A stretch of DNA of 64,000 bases from Octopus sinensis. Taxonomy: Eukaryota. The stretch spans positions 50,964,001-51,028,000 of the forward strand of contig NC_043014.1 in the NCBI RefSeq assembly GCF_006345805.1. Reading direction: 5' to 3'. Within the stretch, counting starts at the first letter, position 1. Each line of letters opens with the position of its first letter. A program made the translations under genes and the position numbers. The notes below the pieces were generated by a model. It was given only the letters and a program-made list of their open reading frames with translations. It made no database searches and was not told the DNA's origin. Shown here piece by piece: positions 39,881 through 53,350 of this stretch.

Positions 39881-39993
39881 AATAATATCCCTTCATCGGA
39901 GACGGTGTGAGAGGAAAAGTTAAGTCATAGTGAGTTTCGATGTGATATGACTTAACCATCCTCTCATACCGTCTCCGATGAAGGGATATTATT
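39881..39993. repeat. Near-perfect hairpin (34 bp plus 11 bp stems, 16-nt loop)
   Basis: 39881-39914 pairs with 39960-39993 (one G-U); 39919-39929 pairs with 39946-39956. Confidence 0.95.
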
Positions 39994-40022
39994 AATTAAT
40001 ATCCTAGAAACAGCTGTAAGAC
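39971..40022 (+). ncRNA. Type I hammerhead-like motif with variant CCGAUGA-A core
   Basis: GUCU-CCGAUGA-A-[9-bp stem II]-A-GAA-AC-AGCU-GU-A^AGAC; palindromic helix III ACAGCUGU. Confidence 0.6.
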
Positions 40023-40304
40023 CTTCTATCTATAAATGCTCTAATATCTATGCAGCCTTGGTTTTTTTTATGTCTACTTCTCAATATATAAAAAAATTAA
40101 TATGGAAGCCTCGAGGAGTTTAGAACTTCCTAAAATAAGCGTTACATGTCCTGAATATTAAAACGGACCGCCTTACAAATATATAATTGAGTGACAAATT
40201 GGATAACATTAAAATATCTGAGACAAATTCGGGATGTCCATTTTTAGAATACTGTCGAATTTATTTCACTTTCATAAGAGAGCTGATCTGGGAAATATCG
40301 ACAA

Positions 40305-40411
40305 CAGCCGCAGCATCATGAACAGCAGCAGTAGTAACAAGGACAGCAGTAATGACACAAACAGGAGCAGCAGTAGCTCCCACCAACACCAGCACCACCA
40401 CCACCGCCACC

Positions 40412-40443
<32 letters not shown>

Positions 40444-40460
40444 CAGCACAAGCACTAGAA
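40305..40460. repeat. CAN trinucleotide low-complexity tract (CAG/CAC/CAA)
   Basis: Direct inspection; no splice or homology support for coding. Confidence 0.85.
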
Positions 40461-41470
40461 CAAGAGCAAAACAACAGCAACAACAGAAGATCAACAGGAA
40501 ATTATACAATAGTTTTGATTAATGAATAGTTCATTAATAAATCCTTTATTAGAGTAATTATAGCTTTTCAGTGTCTTCGTAATTTGAATTTATAATTTTT
40601 GTGCCTGGCATCCGGACGCAACGAAAAAAAATGTCTGCGGTCAATTTATTCTGCTTGAAATAACAGCGAAAAACCATGAACTGAAAAAAAGAAACAATTC
40701 AGCCTTAAAAGTAACGAAACTAATTGGGTGATCGTAATGCTAGATTCATTATGCCCAATATATATATATACATTTGTACATACATACAAATACATGCGTG
40801 TATATATAAATATATATATATATATATCACTACCCTCCTATTTCTTTGTCTCGCTCTGCACTCACAGGTCATTCTTCGACACCCATCCCTTCTCCTCTCT
40901 GATTGCTTCTTTCTCTCTCTTCTCTCTCTTTGTTGCGTTTTGTCCCCCTTCTCTCTCTCTCTTCCTTTGCTTCTCTTTCTTTTCTTTTCCCTCTTCTCTG
41001 TCACGTGACTGTTGGCCGAAATCTGCCTTTCAGCTCCTGACCCTCGTCGTGTTAACATCGTTGTTTTTCGTCCGCCGCTATAAAGGCTTTTTCCAATGCA
41101 CCAGAGAAAAAATTTGTTTGCTTGTTATCAGTCGTAAGACACTTGTTGTTTTCACCGTTAATGCTTCTGTATTTCCATTATTGTTTTTTGTTTTTTTTAT
41201 ATCTGTCCCTTTTGCTGTCCTGGTGTTCGTATGCATTCGATCCTTCTTCCAGGAAATCTACGCTTCCAGCTTAGTTTTTCTAATGCTCGTTGCTTAGTTT
41301 TTCTTGGAGGGCTGGCCGTGATCTAGTAATCTCAAGATTAATCAGCCGAAATTACTACGATGATCCGGTTCTTGACTGAAGACTGAGGGGTTCGAATGTC
41401 CTGTCCATGTTTATTGTATCGTCTTCTAAGAGTTATACGTTCTTGTCCATGTTGTATTTTTCTACATACC

Positions 41471-41507
<37 letters not shown>

Positions 41508-41545
41508 GTGTGTGTGTATGTATCTCTGTATATACACACACACAC

Positions 41546-41578
<33 letters not shown>

Positions 41579-41666
41579 TATGTATATGCGTATATATATA
41601 TATATATTTATGTGTGTGTGTGTATACAGAGATACAAACACACACAGGGACATACGCACACACATA

Positions 41667-42776
41667 TGTGGTCTGATCAATAAGTATCCGGACTATTGCT
41701 AGAGAAACGAAACTAAGGGACGTGTGTAGTGTGTGATCGTCGCATTGGCGATGACAGAGGGAGGTGAACAGAGGACCTGCATCAAATTTTGCAAAATGCT
41801 TGGTGATACCTGCTCAGAGGACTACGAAAAGTTTTCAAAAAGTTTTCATCGTTCTCGATAAAATAAAGGAGGTCTTGTGCAACTGAAACCCGAGTGCCTT
41901 TTTGGCACAAAATTCGCAGACACGAATGGTCAGGGATAATGCACTCAACTGTGTCGTAACTAATCTGTACATCCTCTGAGAGGCGGTTGGATGGAACCTA
42001 CACTCGCCTCCTTATGAGAGCTCAAAATCGCTCGTGGAAGAGCCATCCGACAAAAATGCAAATATATGGGAAACTACCACCTGTGTCATCTCTTGTGAAA
42101 GGTAGGAGAGTCCAATTTGCTGGACATTGTCGTAGAGATGAAAACGGGGCAATTTCTACTCTTCTCCTCTGGAATCCATCTACTCGCAATTCCAGAGGGT
42201 GCACACTCTCCTACCCTGATGTAATCTCCAGGGATACAGGCATCCAGCAACAGGACCTCCGTAATGCCATGATGGACCGTGAAGTCTGGCGTAGCATGGT
42301 AAATTCCATTGTCTCGACCACGGTCGAACAATGATGATGATGATGGCATCCTCTGATAACTCACGGATGTAGATTCCGACGATTTTCCCTCACAGCTGAA
42401 CGCACATGTGTGATGTTTTCTCAGTTCTGCTTGTTGCGGGTCTCCCAGAACGTTCGCCAATACCTCATTTTTCGGCCACTCGTACATTTGTGTGCGGCTC
42501 ATACACACTTCTCCGTATACTTTCTGCAATTTTGTGTTGGCCTCTGAACTGGTATCACCATGACAACTTTCTCTTTCATGGTCAATACGACGATCATACG
42601 TTACCCTCTTTCTTTCCAAAGAATGCCGTGAACAACAGATGTGCTCTAGAACCTTAAAATTTAGTGCACATGATGAAAAGCAGAGTTCAAGGTCAATATA
42701 TGCCAAGCGGCTCCACCCTTCGTGTTTTAAAATCATTACTATAGCAGTAGTCCGGGTACTTATTGATCATACTTAG
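41667..42776. mobile_element. Rearranged mariner with two inward-facing transposase 5' ends
   Basis: 30-bp TIRs at 41672-41701 and 42742-42771 (27/30). Plus strand MTEGGEQRTCIKFCKMLGDT; minus strand GDTSSEANTKLQKVYGEVCMSRTQMYEW...ELSED|VQISYDTVECI...VAQDLLYFIENDENFLK. Confidence 0.85.
41980..42346 (+). mobile_element. 5'-truncated RTE-clade LINE with (TGA)n tail
   Basis: LDGTYTRLLMRAQNRSWKSHPT...RRVQFAGHC...DREVWR (ORF 41987-42334); 10-bp TSD catcctctga at 41970-41979 and 42347-42356. Confidence 0.92.
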
Positions 42777-43069
42777 CTTATACAGACATACATATATATA
42801 TATTCAGCTAGAAACCTTGTAGAATGTTGTGTATAGCTCGTAATCCGTTTTTGGCTACCTGATGTCATTAATAGTAGAGATGCATATGCTATTGGATATA
42901 CTTTAAAAATTCCTGAAACGGCGTAACCTGCATCTGTAGTTCAAGAAAATCTATTGCTCAGCATCTCACTTCTGAGGTAGAAGAGCAGAATAAATCGAAA
43001 CAATTGTAGTGGATTTGAATAAAATATCTGGTGAATTTCATTTCCTCTCGCTGGTCTGTTTATTACTGA

Positions 43070-43239
43070 TATGCATACGTACAAACGTACGTACGTAAGT
43101 GTGCATGTATGTATGTATTTATGTATGTACGTTTATATGCATGCTTGTTTACATGTATGTACGTACGTACGTACGAACGTATGTATGTATGTATGTATGT
43201 ATGTATATACGTATGTATGTATGTATGTATGTATGTATG

Positions 43240-43268
<29 letters not shown>
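43070..43268. repeat. (TATG)n array
   Basis: Direct inspection. Confidence 0.95.
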
Positions 43269-43271
<3 letters not shown>

Positions 43272-43482
43272 GTTAATCCAAACAAGAAAGCACAAAAAAA
43301 AACACAACAACGTGAGGACATGGAACAAATATAGTATTATTGGACGCTCAGGAAAGACGGAAAGAAGGAGGGTCTAACGTTTCGAGCGGAGCTCTTCGTC
43401 GGAAACATAGGAGAAGGAAAGATCCAGAGAAGGGAAGACAGAGGAAAAAAATCACCAACAGTACACACGAGGTCACATTTTG
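43269..43482 (-). mobile_element. 214-bp microsatellite-embedded non-autonomous element, probably Penelope-derived
   Basis: Highly similar, with the same two ends, to 57215-57427; carries the acgtttcg...tcttcgtcgg motif. Confidence 0.8.
43372..43406 (-). ncRNA. Minimal type I hammerhead-like motif, variant CCGACGA-A core
   Basis: GUUU-CCGACGA-A-GAGC(ucc)GCUC-GAA-AC-GU-U^AGAC; helix III is the loopless palindrome ACGU, which could form only in a dimer. Second copy at 57317-57349. Confidence 0.55.
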
Positions 43483-44394
43483 TATGTATGTATGTATATT
43501 TTTCTTCTTTCTAATCATTAAATTATCCCTGTGAAGACAGAGCTGGTTCCAAAAAATAAAAAAAATACAAAGTTCCATCTATGGAATGTAGATAACGAAA
43601 ACAATGTCACATTTTAAACTAGAGGAAAGTCTTGCACATTTTCACTGTACCACTTACAGATTATATTTGTAATGTGCGAATCAGCTGGCTGATTTTCTTT
43701 TCCAAAAACTCCGAGCTCGTCCAGACTGACAGTTTTGCATTCACTTACAAAACCAACTGCACCAATTATTATTAAACATAAATTTGCAATCCGTTACAGA
43801 ATCTGGATGATTCGAAGCAGTTGTTCATAGTTATCATCCTTCTTGTTGATTTTGAAAGTGCATATGCAAATATATTTGTCTATCTGTCTGCCTGTCTCTC
43901 TTTCTTTCTGTCTGTTTGTCTGTCTGTCTGTATGAAGGTTATAGTAGGATTAACCCTGGGCTACAACCTAGAAAGCTAGCTGATGAAAAATAGATCATTC
44001 TGAAATGAAACAATATGTTTGATGTCTGGAGATTTCAATCCCGTTGCTCAAATTAAAATGATTTCCTATTAGATTCTTTGTAATATATGGCTATAAATTA
44101 AATGTATGCATACGATTACACATGCTGCTAATAGTTTGAGCATATTTTAAACTCTAAAGCCGAAAAGTCAAGCTATAATCCATTCAGGTAGAGTTGCATA
44201 AAGATGGGTATTAATGACCTATATCTTGCGTTCATGAAATATTAATAGAAATACAGAATATTGAAAGAAATTTATCGCAAGGGGTGACAGTATTTAAATT
44301 GGTTTATTATCACATTGACAATATCTCGTTACGTCAATGCAAATCAAATGCAAAAGATAATTTTTTTCACTCTTTCCAAAAGACGATCTGAACA

Positions 44395-44658
44395 GAGAGA
44401 GAGAAAGAGAGAGAGGGAGGGGGGGAGGGAGGGGGAGAGGGAGAGGGGGGAAGAGAGAGATAGTGAGAGAGATAGAGAGATAGAGAGTGACACCCAAACA
44501 CACACAACACCACACACACACACACGCTCACACTCACAGTTATATACATACACACAAACTTTTATGAGCATATATGCAAATACATACATATATATATATA
44601 TATATATATGTTTGTGTGTGTGTGTGTGCATATATGTGTGCATATATGTGTATTTGTA

Positions 44659-44689
<31 letters not shown>

Positions 44690-44790
44690 ATGCATATACA
44701 TATACATACAATATAGGTATGTATATATATATATAAATATATATATAAATATGCGTATTTATATATATATATATATACATATATACATAT
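44395..44790. repeat. GA/CA/TA/TG compound microsatellite
   Basis: Direct inspection. Confidence 0.9.
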
Positions 44791-45495
44791 GCAAGTATGA
44801 ATATATATTCTTTTATAGATTCCAGAAACATTACATTTCAGAAGATCTGGATATTTTGCGACATACATACACATGCACGTGAGTATTCATATATGTATGT
44901 GCTTGCCCATGCGCCTCTCTTTTAAGACATGCATTTGTGCATATCATAAATACAACAGAAAAAAATCGAAAAATATAATTTTGCCGGAATATCATTCCTA
45001 AATATTGGCAATCTTGTTAATATTCTTATAAATTATTCCTCAAATTGAACTCAACTATCGACGATCATTCACAGTTTGAAATATTATGAAATTTAATAGA
45101 TTCTGCATCAATATCTGCCCATAAGTGTTTAAACCACTCGTTCAATTGATCAACTTAGATCCTAAATTCCTGGAAAATTTAACCGACATGGTGATAGGTT
45201 ATGAGACAAGTCAAACATTTTCAAATACATGTAGAGATTTCCTTTCTGCAGGCCTGCATCTAGTTTTTGCTAACATGTTTCAATCACAGTTATGGGTCCA
45301 ATGGCAGGCACACACATACAACATACACACACAATCATACAAGTATAGACAGACATACCAACACATACAAACGCGCATATAGACATACACATACATGCAC
45401 TCACAGCGTGTGACCTGGTATTGCAGCAGTTGGATACAATTCGAATGTATATATATATATATATATGTACATATATGTATGTGTGTGTGTGTGTT

Positions 45496-45703
45496 GGCGC
45501 AATGACCCAGCGGTTAGGGCAGTGGACTCGCGGTCGTAGGATCGCGGTTTCGATTCCCAGACCTGGCGTTCTGAGTGTTTATTCAGCAAAACACCTGAAT
45601 CATCCACGAGGCTCTGGCAGGGTTCTGGTGGCAACCCTGCTGTACTATTTCACCACATCTTTCTCTCACACTTTCTTCCTGTTTGTGTTGTACATGTATT
45701 TCC
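45496..45703 (+). mobile_element. SINE family B, 3'-truncated
   Basis: ggcgcaatgacccagcggttagggcagtgg... Confidence 0.85.
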
Positions 45704-45714
45704 TTACAGTGATA

Positions 45715-46086
45715 CCGCCATCGAGGCGGACATGCATTTGTATCTCTTCCAATGTACTGAATTTAGTCTTGAACAGGAATGCCATAGCATCGGTTATTTT
45801 CACAATGGCCAGAAGCTTTCACACTATATATTACTCGAATATAGAGAGTCTTAATATGTACTTCATCCTTTGAAGCCATGGACATAATAACCAAACATAG
45901 CTTATATATTTGTTACGATCACTCGGCATCTCTATCCCTTTTTTTGCATCAGGTACTTGGTTGATATTTCCTGTCCCAGGATTGCAAATGCACACCCTTC
46001 AAAGTGGGAAGTAGTAATCCGGACATTCGTCCATGATAAACTGCTTTGCTGATCGATGTTACTATCATCATGGAGCTTTCTACTAA
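45715..46086 (-). mobile_element. RLE-type LINE fragment (inverse of the 47030-47372 copy)
   Basis: 45924-46086 is the reverse complement of 47164-47326. Confidence 0.75.
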
Positions 46087-46099
46087 TTAGTCTTCATAA

Positions 46100-46290
46100 C
46101 TGATTTCCAATTTTGGCACAAGGCCAGCAGTTATGTGGAGGGGGTTAAGTCGATTAAATCGACCCCAGATAAGATACTGAAAGGATGAATTGCAATGTCG
46201 ACCTTGGCAGAATTTGAAATCTGAATGTAAAGACAGGCAAAATGCTGCGAAGTATTTTCCCCGGTGTTTTAACAATTCTGCCAGCTCATC
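46100..46290 (-). mobile_element. Degraded SINE family C, alternative tail
   Basis: ttttggcacaaggccagcag...gtcgaccttggcagaatttgaa...ctgccagctc. Confidence 0.7.
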
Positions 46291-47029
46291 ACCTTGCTGG
46301 CTTTATTAATTAATGATACTCTCTTAGAGAAACCCAAGTATCGTTTAACACCACCAAAACTGTATTTAGAGAGAGAGTGCGATTTCGCTTTAGGTATCAA
46401 AGAGTACATTTTTCTGCTGCGGAATGTTCTTACTGAATATGTTAACGACACGAAGGGCGGATGGTAATTTCCAAGTCTAATTTCAAATGAAAATATTAGG
46501 ACAGTACTTAGGAAGAGATCTACTATATAAAACATTCTCAGTTTCTTTTATTTTCTTATATATAATGTGTCTCAATGTTCATATTGTCCACGTCAAATAA
46601 TAATTGGTAATTACATCATCTATTGAAAGCCGGATGTAGATTGATGATGTAAACGTATAACAGATGCAATAAAACATCGTTATTGGTTGTAATTATGCTC
46701 CTAAAAGCAATCAAAAATGTCTCATAAAACTTGGATCATGACACAATAATACAACATTGGCTGGACAATATTAGCTTTGTTGTGTGTTATTAATATAAAA
46801 CAACAGAGGCTGTCAGTCGGGTATTATCTATGTGAAAGTGTATGTAATCATTATTTCCTAATATTTCCGATAGCACAAGCAAACAATTACACATTGAATC
46901 GATGTAATTACTAAAATAATTAGAAAGAACAGAATAGACCTCCGTATACAACGATGGGGTCGTGACAGCAAAGAACGGAAAGCAGACGGTCAACGCCTAA
47001 ACCTCTGCATATTTATAATTTAAGGGAAC

Positions 47030-47368
47030 TCGAAGGACGGCGACTGAAACAACAATGTCTGATAACCTAGAGTACGTACCTAAATAAGTCGCACGAGACT
47101 ACCGCAAAGTATCTTCAGAGGAAAGGACGAGACTATATGAGCAGAAGACTATGCATGGATATGTTAGTAGAAAGCTCCAGGATGATAGTAACATCGATCA
47201 TCAAAGCAGTTTATCATGGACGAATATCCGGATTACTACCTCCCATTTTGAAGGGTATGCGTTTGCAATCTAGGGACAGGAAATATCAACCAAGTACCTG
47301 ATGCAAAAAAAGAGATAGAGATGCCGGAAAAGCCGCAAAATGTGACAACCGATGCAGACTTTGTGGAG

Positions 47369-47372
<4 letters not shown>
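47030..47372 (+). mobile_element. RLE-type (R4-like) LINE fragment ending in the zinc knuckle
   Basis: QKTMHGYVSRKLQDDSNIDHQSSLSWT..TTSHFEGYAFAI / QEISTKYLMQKRDRDAGKAAKCDNRCRLC, then (TA)n. Confidence 0.8.
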
Positions 47373-47405
<33 letters not shown>

Positions 47406-48981
47406 GATCTATAGTTTCCACTGTACCCTTTCTTCTTTTACGTCCGCAAAGAGAGATTTGAGAAACTGTAACATGTAACAGTGTGACTGCCCCTTTAATG
47501 CTTCCTGGGAATCACTGACAAGAGTGGGATGAGTGGCGTTCTTTTCTGCGATAGTCTTGCTCTCTAGAACACGAATGTGTGACCCTAGATATACTGATTC
47601 AAGGATTTAAGGATTTTCCCTCTCACATTCAAGACTAGCTATTAGAAATTGCAAAAGCATGATAAAACATACTCACACGTTTGGGAGTTATGCTGATTGA
47701 ATGGAAAAGGTATTTATTAAGTTTTTAAAAAATAGACAAAAAAATGATAATTATCAAAATTAATTTCCGGAAAAAATTCATTTTAAATATTAATTTCTGA
47801 ATATCGAATTTTTTCCTTTTACAATTATTATTATTATTATAGATTATGTTTATAATTAATTATTTAAACTTCTGTTTGCTGTGACACGAAGAAGAAATTT
47901 TTCTACGTTAAAGCATCTTAATTTATTAAAATTATTATAATTCTGTTGAAATCATGTTAATTTTGGTGCAATACTGCATAAATTATATGTTTTATTTCAA
48001 TCTTAGTAAACATTCATTAGCGATAATTATATGGAATGCAATCCTACACTAATGAATATTCATAAACTGCGTGGTTGTCTTTAAAAGAAAAAGACAGTAA
48101 AGAAAAATAACTGAAAACATCAAAACAATGGCATAAACCGAAATCCATTCCGAAGACCGATTTTGTATTGTGGGATATTCTAAGAAGGAATTAATCAGAA
48201 ATTTTGAAATTTGTTTCGTTTATTTTTTTCGTTTTTTTTTTTGTTTTTTGCTTGAATTTTGTATTATCGACATTGATATTTTCAATGAATGATATCAGTT
48301 CAGAAATTGCGCGATGCCAAATCAATTACGAGTTAGCTTCATGCAAATATAATTTATTTCTGGCTGTTCATGTTGTTTACAAACATTGTATTACCGTGGA
48401 TATGTTTGTTGCTGTGACTTAGAACACCTGAAATTCCTGCTGATTTCAGGATTAAAGGAGGTTTTGAAGTGAAGAATAGAGCGGATTATTTGTTTCCCCC
48501 CTCTGTTAACAACTGTCAACAAATATGCTGAGCTCAGCATTGCTAATTAAGTGTGAGAGGTAGAAGAAGAATACTTCGTTAAAAATTTGTTCTTCTCAAC
48601 TGAATTTAGTATTAAGAATTATATGAAGGAAACAATAACACTTCAATGAATTAATACTTCTTTTCAGCTGAATTCAGCTCTGTTGCAAATTAAGCGAAAC
48701 AAGTGGTAATGTCGGAATAACGTATCTCTTGTTTTTCTTTGGATTCAACATTGGAAATGAGGACGATTTCTAGAAAAAACAAACAAAAACAAAGAAAGAC
48801 AACAATTAATAAGGGGTTTCTTGTTCGCAGCTGTATTCAGCCTTCATAAAATTAAGACAAATAGCAATATTTTAATATTCCATTTCTACTTCCCAGATGA
48901 ATTCTTCACTGCAAATTAAGATGGGAAAACAGCAAAATTTCAATAAGGCAATTTTATCTCTGTAAAATTCAACAGAGAAAA

Positions 48982-49075
<94 letters not shown>

Positions 49076-49088
49076 CCTATCTATCTAC

Positions 49089-49160
<72 letters not shown>
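48982..49160. repeat. Nearly pure (TATC)n array
   Basis: Direct inspection. Confidence 0.97.
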
Positions 49161-50489
49161 ATATCATATGACGAGGGCAAAGGATTTTGTAACATTTGCA
49201 ATTCTGAACATTTCCATATTCTCTTCTCTAAGAATGACCTTGTTAACACACTTATAGAGCGATGTTACAAATGTAAGCACTGTCAGAAACAAAACCTTTA
49301 GCTCATAAAAATGATTTATAGCAGTCTGTATAGTTTGAACATTTAGTTCACTTTGCACTTTACTTCAATACAGAAATCTACTTCCAAGCCTTCGAACATT
49401 TTTCAACCAATATATCCCTCTTTATTTGTTCTCTACTTATTATTTATTTCCCCCTTCTCTTCCTTTGACGTCAGATCTACTAACGGTTTTTTATAAATAC
49501 TTAATAGCGTTCTGTTTATCATTTATGCAGTGATCAAAATTGTTATAATGTCTTGTTTTTGAGATCGGTTCTCTTTCTTTCCTGGTGAGAAGATTACATT
49601 ATTTTACACCGTTTAAAACCAATGTTGTCTTCGAAACATATAACGAAAGTAAAAGAATTTGAATAAAACCTACGTTCAACTCCATTTATTTATTTACTTA
49701 TATATATATATATATATATATATATACGGTTGGATATTCTATTTAGCAACAGCTGGACATGATCTAGCAAACCCATGATAAGGAATCACTCATGACTATT
49801 CGAATATGAAATACTATGTTGTCTTGTGCGTCTTGCTACTTTCGAAAGCAACAGAAAATCTTGAGGGAGATTTGGCTTCAAATTTTAGGAGATCAATATT
49901 TGTTGTTTTCAAATATATATAACTCCCTTGCATGCAGACAAACTGTCGATTTCTCTAATGCACATCCGTTACACTATCGACTCTACGTCGTTCATCCGCA
50001 GAAATGCTAATGTGATAAATATGCGTAAACACTTTAAAGAATGGTGTTTTGTTGGCACAGCGGGTAGGGATTTGGGCAAAAGGAATCCTGTGATGTGTTT
50101 GTTCCCGTTTAAATTTATTTCTTTAAAAAAAAATCATGCCTTTAAATTCTTCCAAGATATTGCAAACATTCACTTCCCTCGTTGTAAATCTTGTTTACTT
50201 TCTCCAACTTTGGATTACAGTTGGAACCAAAACATTTGTAAGACATCAATATCATATTTTGTATTAGAAAAGTACTTTTAAAGTTTCGACATTACCAAAG
50301 GAATGCTGAGAAGACATTTTTATTTAAATTTTTGTTTCCAGGATTTGCTAAGGGAAATGGCATTTACTGGGAGAAAATTTTTAACTGATCTATCATACTT
50401 ACTTCTTACGTATATGTTAAACAGAAGAGGAAAATATGAAATAATTTGCGTAAGTTTACATATATAATTTCCATAAATTTACAAATATG

Positions 50490-50502
50490 CATGTTTGTAT
50501 GT

Positions 50503-50558
<56 letters not shown>

Positions 50559-50686
50559 ATATATATATATAAATATATATGCATATATATATAAATATAT
50601 ATAATATATATAATATATTATATATATATATATATATATCTATATATATATATATATGCATATATATAAATATATATATATATTAT

Positions 50687-50758
<72 letters not shown>

Positions 50759-50765
50759 TATATGC

Positions 50766-50798
<33 letters not shown>

Positions 50799-50900
50799 AT
50801 ATAATAGAAATATTAAAATTACTAAGTCTCTCTAATATATATATATATTATATATATATATATATATCTGTGTATATATACATGTATGTATGTGTGTATG
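50490..50900. repeat. Degenerate (TA)n array
   Basis: Direct inspection. Confidence 0.95.
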
Positions 50901-53062
50901 TATGTAAATGCAAAAACACCCACGTATGTACATGAGTAGAGAAAGAGAGTAAAAAGTTTAAAATTGTGAAAACGTTTAAAGTCGAATGTGGAGCTTTTGC
51001 GTAAACAGAATTCTTATAACTTGTACTTTTCGAGATAGAATGCTATAAGGTCAGTGGCAATTTGAATTTCACGTTTCCGACGTCTTCTTTCCGTTTCCAT
51101 TAAGGGTATTTCATTTACGAAACATAATGTCTCTCAAACCCAATCGACGTGTTGTTGATATCTGTATATATTCATGAGATGTTGCATATCTCCCCTAAAT
51201 TTAATATTGTATCTCATCTATATCTTCATAATTTTGAATTTATATATCCTCACTCGAACCTCCATATTCTAATTTATTCATTTTAGCTTTCTCTACGGAA
51301 TGAAATAATATCAAGCAAGTAAAGTAAGCCAAATAAATACGGGCTTCTGTTAACAGAATTTCAGTTCCATCTCTGTTATTATTTAACGGAGATTCAACTG
51401 GGGAAATAAGCTATGACTGAATAACGATAGCAAAATGATTATGTAGCAATAATCAAACCTAGATGCAGCACAAATAACACAAATAGTCCGCGTGTGGCTC
51501 TTTCTCTAATGTAATACATAACGCCCTATCCAAATTGCATCACAAACTATCGGTTTCGTCACATGGTCTAAGATTTCATTTATTTATTTATTGTTTTGGT
51601 AGGGAGCTGTTCTTCATTAACTTTACGTCACCACATAACTTGTACTTTTATTGACTCCGTAACTATAGCAATGAAACACACAACTAATTCTGCAGCAATT
51701 TGAACTTAACGCAATGAATTTAAAACCGATATACAGTTTCTAATCTACCGATCTATAAATTCTGATATTAACACGCCTGAAGGTAAATAAAGATTTTAAT
51801 TCATTTTTCAGAAGGAAAATAGTCAACTTAAAAAAAAGAAATTACTCGAAAATATAGAAGTAGAAGAGAGTGTGTGGAGGCACAGGTATCAGAGCAAAGA
51901 TAATATATGTGGAGGCACAGGTATAAGTGTAAATTAACAGACTCTAATTGCAATGAGTCGGAAAACTCATTGAAAGAACAGGGACGAGAACCACCATTGG
52001 GAAGCACTGTGAAAAGATAGGGAATCAATGACCTGGAAGCTCAGCAAAAAATATCGCTCGAATAATTAACGGATTCAAAAATATATCCTGGAGTCAATTT
52101 CCCCGACGAAACCTTTCAAGTCTCTGCCCCAGCATGGGCACAGACTGAAACAAGTAAAAGATAAACGATATCCGAATTATTGTTAATAAATATCTTTTGC
52201 CGTTATTGCATCGCATGCTCCTTGAAAACTTCAACCATGTTCCTGAGTTAAAGAGACACAATTAATTTACCAGTTTACACATTTATCCCGAGTTGAAGCT
52301 AAATAATTTTACAAACACTTCTAATGAACTTAAGAAAGTTATGAATGTCACGCAATCTCGTTAATCTTCGCTCATAAATTCATAAATGTGTTTAGTTGGT
52401 TGACTCTTCTGTTACCACCAAATCATGCATCGCTGTAAACTATAGCCTTAGGTATAATATCCTTCGTCTTCAAATTACAGAATATGATTCTTGGTTGCTG
52501 CTCCCAAGCATTCATTCAAGATCAAAGATTTAATTAGAAACATAAAACCTTCATTGCATAATTTGATTAATTAGAATCGTTGAAATGAGAGGAAATTTTA
52601 AGCTTGATAAGGTGACGGAAAATTTAACGCATATTATCATAGGCAGTGGAGGACTTATTGTTAGCGTACTTTGGGCGCAGGGCATGCAGTTTGATCGAGA
52701 GATTGCACAACCCTACGTGATCATGGGTTCTATTTCACCATGCAGATAATTGCTTAGTCACTTTTCCACTAATCATGGACTGAGAAAACTTTGTTAGTGA
52801 TGGATGATTGAGACAAATTGCATTGGACGCCAGTCGAGTGAGGCTTTTTTTGCTTGCGTGATAGATTTCCACCACTGCGCGGTTTGTCATTCACAACTGA
52901 ATCATAGAGGCCCTCCGAAGAGTATATTCTATCGCTAGCATTTCGGCTGGCAATTAGGCTGCGACTCCTGTCTAAGAATATATTCCTTTTTTCTTTAATT
53001 TTACCATTCACAAAAACAACGAAGAATATTGTTCCATTCCTTCTGAATAAGACTTAAAAATG

Positions 53063-53280
53063 TTCCCTTGCTACAGTTATTGGACTAAGGCCAAGTTGGT
53101 GCAGCACCTTCGAGGGTTGGAAAAATTGACTCCAATATATATTCTTATTCTATCGGTGACCCATGCTGAAGAGCTGAGCTTTCGGGAGGAAAACAAATTT
53201 ACACCTGTCGCCAAAGTTTTTTGTGGGACGGAAAAACACAACAAATATAAACACGCACACACATATATATATATGCATAC
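53063..53280 (-). repeat. Old SINE-A-like 3' half, copy 1 of a local direct duplication
   Basis: Highly similar to 55240-55458 (offset 2177); only distantly similar to young family A copies. Confidence 0.85.
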
Positions 53281-53296
53281 ACACGCACGCACGCGC

Positions 53297-53350
<54 letters not shown>

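Noticed and set aside
40234-40509. Poly-S/H/Q ORF suggesting a transcription-factor low-complexity domain
   Set aside because: Simple CAN repeat with an in-frame stop right after it and no splice or domain support.
41374-41402. CTGAAGA-ctgaggggttc-GAATGTC
   Set aside because: GAAA box is broken and the stems do not close.
43975-44020. CTGATGA...GAAAC-AATAT-GTT
   Set aside because: No stem I or stem II pairing.
53160-53195. CTGAAGA...GAAA in both duplicated relics (also about 55343)
   Set aside because: No stem II, no NUH or helix III; derived from decayed SINE A.
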